Below are positions 1 through 7,738 of a stretch of DNA of 12,178 nucleotides, in pieces; the stretch's first letter is position 1, and each line of letters opens with the position of its first letter. This stretch comes from Bacteroides sp. Lineage in GTDB: Bacteria > Bacteroidota > Bacteroidia > G022818785. The notes beneath the pieces were generated by a model that saw only the letters and a program-made list of their open reading frames with translations, was not told where the DNA came from and did not search any database. The stretch lies in assembly GCA_022818785.1 (NCBI GenBank), contig CP063811.1, positions 201,084-213,261 on the forward strand, written 5' to 3'. The position numbers were made by a program, and so were the translations under genes.

Positions 1-171
1 GAAATAGAAGAACAAATATCAGAAATTTCTTCTAATAATGAGTCATTAGATGATAGTAATATGATTAATATTGCAAAAATCAGTTTATATAATAAGTATG
101 ATGAATTACCTAAAGTTACTGCTATTGCCATAAATGAATTCATTAGTAACATGCTAATTGTTAAAAGCTGA
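1..171 (+). CDS. 3' end of a CDS running in from the left edge; possibly a divergent NusB-like antitermination factor
   Basis: Frame +1 is open from base 1 to TGA at 169-171: EIEEQISEISSNNESLDDSNMINIAKISLYNKYDELPKVTAIAINEFISNMLIVKS*. The segment ELPKVTAIAINEFI loosely resembles the NusB motif (D/S)IPxKVxINE(A/Y)I. It overlaps the convergent peptidase 3' end by 11 bp. Product assignment is weak. Confidence 0.45.
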   Translation, partial: EIEEQISEISSNNESLDDSNMINIAKISLYNKYDELPKVTAIAINEFISNMLIVKS

Positions 172-1456
172 TATATTTATTAATATATAATATAGTTTCA
201 ATACCTTTTAAATAATTATCAATTCCATAATGTTCATTAGGTGCGTGAGCATCATCCGATTCCAATCCAAATCCTAATAAAAGAACATTTATTCCTAATT
301 TATTTTGTAATATATCAACTATTGGTATGCTTCCTCCTCCATATATAGATTGCACTGTATTCACTTTATAAGTTTTTTTCAATGCATTGGTTGCTACTTC
401 ATATATTTTAGAATTTTTCTTTAAAAGAACAGGATTAGCTCCTTGATATTTTGTTGTTTTTAAAGAAATATCTACAGGCAAAATACTATTTATATATTTA
501 ACTATATTGTCATATATAAAATCATAATTTTGATTTGGAACTGTTCTTATAGATATTTTAGCTAATCCTTTGTGGGGTATAATTGTTTTTATCCCATCCT
601 TGAAATATCCTCCACATAAACCATTTACATCTATGGAGGGTAATAATAATTTATTTGTATTATTCTTGTTAAACGAATTATAATTAAGAACATTTTTATA
701 AAAAAAAGGAATATTTGTTTCTCCTTTTAAATTGGACAAATTTGAAATAATATTAGATAAAATATTAACAGGATTAATGATTAATCCACCATATATTCCA
801 CTATGAAGATCTTTATTTTGTTGATTACTAATTTCAATTTCCATAGCCATAATACCTCTTAAAGATTCTGTAATAGCAGGAATATTTTTATCAATCATAG
901 AAGTATCTGAAATTAAAGCATAATCAGATTTTATTAATTCAGGATTTTTAATAATTAATTTTTTCAATTCATTTGATCCAATTTCTTCTTCTCCTTCAAT
1001 AATAATTTTTATATTGAAATTATAAATATTATAATAATTTATAATTTCTAATGCTTTTATATACATATATAGTTGTCCTTTATCATCAGTTGCTCCTCTA
1101 GCAAAAATAGCACCTTGATCATGAATATTAGTATATTTAATAATTGGCTTGAAAGGATCGGAATCCCATAAGTTTATTGGACCTATAGGTTGTACATCGT
1201 AGTGTCCATAAATTAATATTGTAGGTAATTTTTGATCAATTATTTTTTCTCCATATAATATAGGTATATTGTTTGTAGAGTATAATTTAATGTTATTAAT
1301 ACCAACCTCAATTAATTTTTTTTTTAAAAAATTAACAGCTTTATGCATATCCTGAATATTTTCTTTTAATGCACTTATAGATTTTATTGAAAGAAATTCT
1401 TTCAATTCATTTATAAATCTATTTTTATTTATATGTATATATTCTTTAAAATTCAT
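161..1456 (-). CDS. M20 family metallo-dipeptidase (ArgE/DapE/CNDP-Dug1-like)
   Basis: 431-aa ORF with the M20 metal-binding and catalytic motifs YGHYDVQP, ARGATDDKGQ, EGEEE, ISDT, DLHSG, GGGSIP and DAHAPNEH. Confidence 0.92.
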   Translation of the reverse strand: MNFKEYIHINKNRFINELKEFLSIKSISALKENIQDMHKAVNFLKKKLIEVGINNIKLYSTNNIPILYGEKIIDQKLPTILIYGHYDVQPIGPINLWDSDPFKPIIKYTNIHDQGAIFARGATDDKGQLYMYIKALEIINYYNIYNFNIKIIIEGEEEIGSNELKKLIIKNPELIKSDYALISDTSMIDKNIPAITESLRGIMAMEIEISNQQNKDLHSGIYGGLIINPVNILSNIISNLSNLKGETNIPFFYKNVLNYNSFNKNNTNKLLLPSIDVNGLCGGYFKDGIKTIIPHKGLAKISIRTVPNQNYDFIYDNIVKYINSILPVDISLKTTKYQGANPVLLKKNSKIYEVATNALKKTYKVNTVQSIYGGGSIPIVDILQNKLGINVLLLGFGLESDDAHAPNEHYGIDNYLKGIETILYINKYISF

Positions 1457-1512
1457 TATTTATAATATATTTATAAGTATAATATATTCATGATAATGAA
1501 ATAGTATGAAAT

Positions 1513-2040
1513 ATGAAAATAATAAATGGAATTTATAAAAATTTTAATATTAATTACAAAAACATTAATATAAGGCCTACTACATCTTTAGTAAAGGAAA
1601 GTATTTTCAATATAATGAATAATTGTATTGATATCAAAAAATCCACAATTTTAGATTTATACTCTGGTACAGGTAATATAGCATTAGAATTTATATCTAG
1701 AGAATGTATTGAGGCTACTTCTGTAGACAATAATGTCAATTGTATTAACTTTATTAAAAAATGTAAAAAAATATTAGAAATATATAACTTAAACATTATA
1801 AAATCTGATGCTATAAAATTTATAAAAAATCAAAAATATAAATATGATATCATTTATATAGATCCTCCTTATTCTAAAATACATGATATAAATATTATTA
1901 ATAATATTGTTTTTAACAATCCATTGAATAAAAAATCTTGGTATATTATCGAACATTATTATAAATTTAATTTCAAAAATAATTTTTTAATAAAAACTAA
2001 GAAATATGGAGATACTGTATTAAGTATTTTTTATATATAA
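1513..2040 (+). CDS. rsmD: 16S rRNA m2G966 methyltransferase RsmD
   Basis: 175 aa; IRPTT..VKESIFNI, SAM-binding LDLYSGTGNIALEFISR, catalytic IYIDPPY, IIEH and C-terminal KKYGDT. Confidence 0.93.
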   Translation: MKIINGIYKNFNINYKNINIRPTTSLVKESIFNIMNNCIDIKKSTILDLYSGTGNIALEFISRECIEATSVDNNVNCINFIKKCKKILEIYNLNIIKSDAIKFIKNQKYKYDIIYIDPPYSKIHDINIINNIVFNNPLNKKSWYIIEHYYKFNFKNNFLIKTKKYGDTVLSIFYI

Positions 2041-2080
2041 AATATACATTTTTTTGAAAAAATATATATATATTTAGAGT

Positions 2081-2093
2081 GTCATATTATGAC
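2081..2093. promoter_or_regulatory. Perfect inverted repeat GTCATA-T-TATGAC 24 bp upstream of sufB (candidate operator or small hairpin)
   Basis: The dyad is directly visible in the rsmD-sufB spacer; its function is inferred from position only. Confidence 0.25.
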
Positions 2094-2117
2094 TATCTTA
2101 TATACAAATAATTTATT

Positions 2118-3566
2118 ATGTCTAGCAAAGATCAACAATATATAGATAATCTTGTAGATTCTGATTATAAATATGGATTTAATAGTAATGTATTAACAGA
2201 ATATTCTGATGTAGGAATAAATGAAGATGTTATACGCTTTATTTCTAATAAAAAAAAAGAACCTGATAATATATTAAAATGGAGATTAAAATCTTTTCAT
2301 ATTTGGAAAAAAATGAAAGAGCCACATTGGGCTAATATTAAATATGAGAGTATTGATTATCAGAATATAAAATGTATGGCTCTACCAAAAAAAAATAATA
2401 ATATTAAGAGCTTAGATGATGTAGATCCTGAAATAAGAAAAACATTTGATAAATTAGGCATCTCTTTAGAAGAACAAAAAATATTGTCAGGAGTAGCTGT
2501 AGATGCTGTATTTGATTCAACTTCTGTTTTTACTACTTATAAAGAAAAATTAAATGAAATAGGTATAATATTTTGTTCTATAAATGAAGCTATTATTAAT
2601 CATAGTGAATTAGTTGAAAAATATTTAGGCATGGTTGTACCTAAAAATGATAATTTTTTCGCTTCTTTAAATTCTGCTGTATTTTCTGATGGTTCTTTTG
2701 TTTATATACCTAAAGGAGTAAGATGCCCTATGGAATTATCTACTTATTTCCGTATTAATGCAATTAATACTGGTCAATTTGAACGTACTTTAATAATAGC
2801 AGATGAAGGATCGTATGTTAGTTATTTAGAGGGATGTACTGCTCCTCAAAGAGATGAAAATCAATTACATGCTGCTGTAGTGGAAATTGTAGCATTAGAA
2901 AATGCAGAAGTTAAATACTCTACTGTTCAAAATTGGTATCCTGGAGATGCTAATGGAAAAGGTGGAATATATAATTTTGTTACTAAAAGAGGTATTTGTT
3001 TAGGAAAAAATTCTAAAATATCCTGGACTCAAGTAGAAACAGGGTCTTCTATAACTTGGAAATATCCTAGCGTAATATTAAAAGGTGATAATTCTCAAGG
3101 AGAATTTTATTCTGTTGCAGTTACAAATCATTATCAACAAGCAGATACTGGAACAAAAATGATTCATATCGGAAAAAATACTAAAAGTAGAATCATATCT
3201 AAAGGTATTTCTTCAGGATATAGCAACAACAGCTATAGAGGGTTAGTATCAATAGAAAAAAATGCTTCTTTATCTCGTAATTTTACACAATGTGATTCTT
3301 TGTTAATTGGTACAAATTGTGGAGCACATACATTTCCATATATATCTGTTAAAAACAAGTATTCTAAAGTTGAACATGAAGCTACTACTTCGAAAATAGG
3401 AGAAGAGCAACTTTTTTATTGTAATCAACGAAGTATGTCAGATGAAGTAGCAATAGCTTTAATTGTAAATGGATATTGTCATGAAGTATTAAAACATTTA
3501 CCAATGGAATTTGCTGTTGAAGCGCAGAAATTACTTTCAATAACATTAGAAAATAGTATTGGTTAA
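2118..3566 (+). CDS. sufB: Fe-S cluster assembly scaffold SufB
   Basis: 482 aa; [78 protein letters not shown] and LPMEFAVEA. No intein-sized insertion. Confidence 0.98.
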   Translation: MSSKDQQYIDNLVDSDYKYGFNSNVLTEYSDVGINEDVIRFISNKKKEPDNILKWRLKSFHIWKKMKEPHWANIKYESIDYQNIKCMALPKKNNNIKSLDDVDPEIRKTFDKLGISLEEQKILSGVAVDAVFDSTSVFTTYKEKLNEIGIIFCSINEAIINHSELVEKYLGMVVPKNDNFFASLNSAVFSDGSFVYIPKGVRCPMELSTYFRINAINTGQFERTLIIADEGSYVSYLEGCTAPQRDENQLHAAVVEIVALENAEVKYSTVQNWYPGDANGKGGIYNFVTKRGICLGKNSKISWTQVETGSSITWKYPSVILKGDNSQGEFYSVAVTNHYQQADTGTKMIHIGKNTKSRIISKGISSGYSNNSYRGLVSIEKNASLSRNFTQCDSLLIGTNCGAHTFPYISVKNKYSKVEHEATTSKIGEEQLFYCNQRSMSDEVAIALIVNGYCHEVLKHLPMEFAVEAQKLLSITLENSIG

Positions 3567-3583
3567 TATAAATATTCATAAAT

Positions 3584-4336
3584 ATGTTAAAAATCACTGA
3601 TTTAAAGGTTAGTATAAATGATAAAATTATTTTAAATAATTTAAATTTAGATATTAAAAAGGGAGAAATTCATGCTATTATGGGACCTAATGGATCTGGT
3701 AAAAGCACTCTTTCATCTGTTTTAACAGGTAATTCTAATTACACTATAGATAAAGGTAAAATTTTGTTTAATAATGAAGATTTAATTGCTATGAATACTT
3801 ATGAAAGAGCTTGTAAGGGATTATTTCTAGCGTTTCAATATCCTGTTGAAATACCAGGATTAAGCATGATGAATTTTTTACGAACTTCTGTTAATGAAAA
3901 CAGAAAATATAAAGGATATAAAGAATATTCTGGAGGTGAATTCATTAAAATTTTAAAAAGTAAAGCTAAATCTATTAATTTTGATCATAATTTACTTAAA
4001 AGACACTTTAATGAAGGTTTTTCTGGAGGAGAAAAAAAAAGAAATGAAATATTACAAATGATGATGCTATCTCCTATATTATCTGTTTTAGATGAAACAG
4101 ATTCTGGGTTAGATATAGATGCATTAAAAATAATTGCTAGTGGAATTAATAATATTAGGGATAAAGAAAAATCATTTATTATAATAACCCATTATCAACG
4201 CTTATTAAATTACATTACTCCAGACTATGTTCATATTTTATATAATGGCAAAATAGTTCAATCTGGAGATAAAAATTTAGCTATAAAATTAGAAAATCAA
4301 GGTTATGAATCTATAAAAGATGGTGTTTGTATATGA
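3584..4336 (+). CDS. sufC: Fe-S cluster assembly ABC-type ATPase SufC
   Basis: 250 aa; Walker A GPNGSGKST, Q-loop FQYPVEIPG, signature FSGGEKKR, Walker B LDETDSGLDID and H-loop ITHY. Confidence 0.98.
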   Translation: MLKITDLKVSINDKIILNNLNLDIKKGEIHAIMGPNGSGKSTLSSVLTGNSNYTIDKGKILFNNEDLIAMNTYERACKGLFLAFQYPVEIPGLSMMNFLRTSVNENRKYKGYKEYSGGEFIKILKSKAKSINFDHNLLKRHFNEGFSGGEKKRNEILQMMMLSPILSVLDETDSGLDIDALKIIASGINNIRDKEKSFIIITHYQRLLNYITPDYVHILYNGKIVQSGDKNLAIKLENQGYESIKDGVCI

Positions 4337-5568
4337 ATGAAACTTTATTTGAAAGAGTTATTAATAAACATTTAAGTAAAAATGTTTTTAATCATAATAA
4401 AATATTTAAAATTCAAAAATCTGGTTTAAATAATTTATCAGAAACAAAATTTAATGACGTATTCAATACTAATTATGAAATATTCGATGATAAGTTTATT
4501 AAAAAATCTATAGATAAAAAAAGAATTGATAATCTAAATTTTAATTATTTAAAAGCTAATTATATTTTTATTATTAATGGAATTTTTTGTGATAAGGTAT
4601 CATCCATATTTAATAATAATACATTAAATATTCAAAATGTTAATAATATTATTTATAATAAATATTATAATAAATCATATAAAGATGATTTTGCTTCTTT
4701 GAATATTGCTATTAATACTAATACTCTGCTTATAAAAATAAATTCCAGTTATAATAATAAAATACCACTTGTTATTTATAATATATTTGATAATAATGCT
4801 GATAAAAATAACATTTTTTCTCCAAGGAAGATATTAGATATTGACATAAATACAAAAATAGATATTGTTGAAATATTTGATTCTTATGATCATGTATCTA
4901 TGTTTATAAATGATTTAACATTTATTGAATGCAAAGAAAAATCTAATATATCTTATTCTAGAATATATTCAGATATTAAAAATTCATTTAGTATGAATAA
5001 TATTTTTATTCGTCAAATGGATGATTCTGTTATATCAACTAATATGATTGAATTAAATAATAAGTTTTTATATAATAAAATAACTTTTGAGTTATTGGGA
5101 GATAATTGCAATAATGAAATTAATGGATTATATATTGCATCTATAGAAAATACTTATATAAATAATTATGTAAATGTAAATCATTTAAAGCCTAATAGCA
5201 ATAGTAATCAACTTTATAAAGGTGTCTTGAATAATAGTAGTAATACAATATTTACTGGAAAAATAAAGGTTTTTAAAGATGCTATTAAAACTAAGGCATA
5301 TCAAAGTAATTCTAACATAATTTTAGGCGATAACAATCATGTTTATATAAAACCAATATTAGAAATATATGCAGATGATGTTAAATGTAGTCATGGTGCT
5401 ACTAGTTCATATTTAGATGAATCATTATTATTTTATTTGAATTCTCGTTGCATTGATAATCAAAAATCTATTCAATTGCTTATACTAGCTCATATAGATT
5501 CTATGGTAGATAAATTGCATAAACAATTTAGCAATACTATAATGGAAAAGATAAAAGAATATTTTTAA
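4333..5568 (+). CDS. sufD: Fe-S cluster assembly protein SufD
   Basis: C-terminal SufBD motifs SNQLYKGVL, FTGKIKV, PILEIYADDVKCSHGAT and LFYLNSR. I prefer ATG 4333 (ATGA overlap with the sufC TGA stop) over the TTG at 4327. The N-terminal half is strongly Asn/Ile/Lys-biased. Confidence 0.93.
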   Translation: MNETLFERVINKHLSKNVFNHNKIFKIQKSGLNNLSETKFNDVFNTNYEIFDDKFIKKSIDKKRIDNLNFNYLKANYIFIINGIFCDKVSSIFNNNTLNIQNVNNIIYNKYYNKSYKDDFASLNIAINTNTLLIKINSSYNNKIPLVIYNIFDNNADKNNIFSPRKILDIDINTKIDIVEIFDSYDHVSMFINDLTFIECKEKSNISYSRIYSDIKNSFSMNNIFIRQMDDSVISTNMIELNNKFLYNKITFELLGDNCNNEINGLYIASIENTYINNYVNVNHLKPNSNSNQLYKGVLNNSSNTIFTGKIKVFKDAIKTKAYQSNSNIILGDNNHVYIKPILEIYADDVKCSHGATSSYLDESLLFYLNSRCIDNQKSIQLLILAHIDSMVDKLHKQFSNTIMEKIKEYF

Positions 5569-5569
5569 T

Positions 5570-6829
5570 ATGAATTTAATTAATAAAAAATTCAATGTTG
5601 ATTATATAAGATCATTGTTTCCAATTTTAGATAGGAAAATTAATGGCAATAATATGGTTTATTTTGATAATGCTGCAACAACTCAAAAACCAATAAGTGT
5701 AATAGATTCTATTAAAGATTATTATATAAATTATAATTCTAATATTCATAGAAGTGTTAATAGCTTATCAAATATAACAACTGAATACTATGAAAAAACT
5801 CGTATCAAAGTACAAAATTTTATAAATGCAAATAGTGATAAAGAAATAATTTTTACTAAAGGTACTACTGATAGTATTAATATGTTTGTACAAACCTATG
5901 CTGCTGATCATCTAAGTAAAAATGACAATATTATATTAAGTATTTCAGAACATCACTCAAATATTTTGCCTTGGCAAAATTTATCAAAAAAAGTTGGTTT
6001 TAAAATTAATTACATTAAATGTAAATTAAATGGAGAATTTGATTTTGAAGATTATAAAAAAAATATAAATTATAAAACTAAAATAATTTCTATAAGTCAT
6101 GTAACCAATGTTACAGGTCATATTAATTCTATAAAAGAAATAATAGATATAGCTCATCATTATGGTGCAACTACTTTTATTGATTGTGCTCAATCTGTAA
6201 ATCATATTTTAATTGATGTTCAAGCATTAAATTGCGATTTTTTGGCATTTTCTTCTCATAAAATGTATGGTCCTATGGGAGTTGGTATACTTTATGGTAA
6301 ACAAAAGTATTTAAAGTTAATGCGCCCTTATCAGTTTGGAGGTTCCATGGTTGTAAAAGTTTATACTAATAAAAATTCAATATACTCAGATATTCCATAT
6401 ATATTTGAAGCTGGAACACCTAATGTAGGTAATGTAATTGCATTAGGATATGCAATTGATTTTATTAATTTGATTGGTATAAATTATATTGAGTTATACA
6501 TAAAAGAACTACATAATTATTTATATCATAAATTGTCTAAAATAAATAATATTAACATAATAGGTAATGATAATAGTCAAAAATCTCAAAGTGGAATTAT
6601 ATCATTTTCAATAAAAAATCTTAATAGTATGGATATTGGGATTTTATTAGATACTAAAGGAATTATTATTAGGACAGGTATGATGTGTGCAATGCCATTA
6701 GTGAATTTTTATAAATTTTCAGACTTATGCAGAATATCTTTAGCAATTTACAATACAAAAAATGAAATAGATATTTGTATAAACAACTTAGATAAAATTG
6801 TTAAATATTTATATGATAAACAATATTAA
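5570..6829 (+). CDS. sufS: SufS-type (class II) PLP-dependent cysteine desulfurase
   Basis: 419 aa; YFDNAATTQKP, FTKGTT, EHHSNILPWQ, DCAQS, PLP-lysine motif SSHKMYGP, FEAGTP, catalytic Cys in RTGMMCAMP, and RISLAIYNT. Starts 1 nt after the sufD stop. Confidence 0.96.
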   Translation: MNLINKKFNVDYIRSLFPILDRKINGNNMVYFDNAATTQKPISVIDSIKDYYINYNSNIHRSVNSLSNITTEYYEKTRIKVQNFINANSDKEIIFTKGTTDSINMFVQTYAADHLSKNDNIILSISEHHSNILPWQNLSKKVGFKINYIKCKLNGEFDFEDYKKNINYKTKIISISHVTNVTGHINSIKEIIDIAHHYGATTFIDCAQSVNHILIDVQALNCDFLAFSSHKMYGPMGVGILYGKQKYLKLMRPYQFGGSMVVKVYTNKNSIYSDIPYIFEAGTPNVGNVIALGYAIDFINLIGINYIELYIKELHNYLYHKLSKINNINIIGNDNSQKSQSGIISFSIKNLNSMDIGILLDTKGIIIRTGMMCAMPLVNFYKFSDLCRISLAIYNTKNEIDICINNLDKIVKYLYDKQY

Positions 6830-7259
6830 CATAATACAAGATAATATTATTAAAGATTTTGAAATTTTTCAAAATGATTTAGAAAGTATTATATACTATA
6901 TAATAGATTTGGGGAGAAATATTCCTTTAATGGATAAAAAATATAAAATAGAGCGTAATTTAATAAAAGGATGTCAATCTAATGTTTGGTTAATTTCTTC
7001 ATTGCTTAATGAAGATAAGATATTTTACTATGCTGATAGTAATAATATGATAACTAAAGGTTTAATAAGTTTATTACTTAAAATTTTTAATAACCAATCT
7101 TATAAAGATATTATAAATTCTAATGTATATTTTATTGATAAAATTGGTATGTCATATGTCATTGGTTCTCAAAGGATTAATGGAATTTATAGTATGATAA
7201 AAACTATTAAATATTATGCTATGTTGCATAGTATTGAAAAAAAATATGAAAAAAAATGA
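6813..7259 (+). CDS. sufE: Sulfur acceptor SufE
   Basis: IIDLG, IKGCQSNVWL (acceptor Cys), ADS...ITKGLISLL and SQRING. Likely start is ATG 6813 (17-bp overlap with sufS) rather than TTG 6798. Confidence 0.93.
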   Translation: MINNINIIQDNIIKDFEIFQNDLESIIYYIIDLGRNIPLMDKKYKIERNLIKGCQSNVWLISSLLNEDKIFYYADSNNMITKGLISLLLKIFNNQSYKDIINSNVYFIDKIGMSYVIGSQRINGIYSMIKTIKYYAMLHSIEKKYEKK

Positions 7260-7573
7260 CAGATTTAAAAAATAAAATATATACTGATATAGTAGAAACT
7301 ATCAAAGAATGTTATGATCCGGAAATTCCAGTTAATATTTATGATTTAGGATTAATTTATAATATTAATCTTACTGAAGAATTTAATGTAGAAATTACTA
7401 TGACACTTACTTCTCCATTTTGCCCAGTAGCTGGAACATTACCAAATGACTTAAAAAATAGTATTATAAAAAATGTTAAAAACATAAATGATGTTAAAGT
7501 GGAAGTTGTTTTTGATCCTCCTTGGGATAAAGAAATGATGAGTGAAGACGCTAAGCTTATTTTAGGATTATAA
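7256..7573 (+). CDS. sufT: DUF59/SufT (MIP18-like) Fe-S assembly protein
   Basis: 105 aa; YDPEIPVNIYDLGLIY, MTLTSPFCPVA and VFDPPW..EMMSEDAKL.LG. ATGA overlap with the sufE stop. Confidence 0.92.
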   Translation: MTDLKNKIYTDIVETIKECYDPEIPVNIYDLGLIYNINLTEEFNVEITMTLTSPFCPVAGTLPNDLKNSIIKNVKNINDVKVEVVFDPPWDKEMMSEDAKLILGL

Positions 7574-7586
7574 TATGAGATATTAT

Positions 7587-7671
7587 GCCCTGATGGTGAA
7601 ATGGTATACACACCACTTTGAGGGGGTGGCGCTTAAGTTAAAGCATATCGGTTCGAATCCGATTCAGGGTA
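7587..7671 (+). tRNA. tRNA-Leu (anticodon GAG), class II with long variable arm; CCA not encoded
   Basis: Acceptor stem GCCCTGA/TCAGGGT plus discriminator A; D arm GTGAAATGGTATACAC; anticodon stem CCACT/GGTGG with loop TTGAGGG (GAG at 7620-7622); variable arm GCTT-aagtta-AAGC; T arm ATCGG-TTCGAAT-CCGAT; followed by TTT. Confidence 0.96.
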
Positions 7672-7738
7672 TTTATTAAAATATTTTTTTATATATTATA
7701 ATAATTATATTCTTTAAAATTTTTGAAATACTATATTT

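Noticed and set aside
1316-1325. Long homopolymer runs (T10 here; A9 runs in sufB near 2250 and 2387) as frameshift or pseudogene sites
   Set aside because: All affected reading frames are intact and full length, so no slippage rescue is needed.
1554-1796. 80-aa minus-strand ORF
   Set aside because: Entirely antisense to rsmD with no recognisable motif; shadow ORF.
2077-2100. dif (XerCD) site or replication origin in the AT-rich spacers
   Set aside because: TTATGACTATC is a poor match to the XerD arm TTATGTTAAAT, and I saw no DnaA-box cluster.
2118-3566. Intein in SufB (known in mycobacteria)
   Set aside because: Length is a normal 482 aa with contiguous motifs and no splicing or endonuclease insertion.
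3385-3597. 70-aa minus-strand ORF
   Set aside because: Antisense to the conserved sufB 3' end and sufC start; no motifs.
7357-7611. 84-aa minus-strand ORF
   Set aside because: Antisense to sufT and overlaps the tRNA-Leu; shadow ORF.
7587-7738. tRNA as an integration site for a prophage or island
   Set aside because: No integrase, no duplicated tRNA 3' end, and flanking genes are housekeeping.
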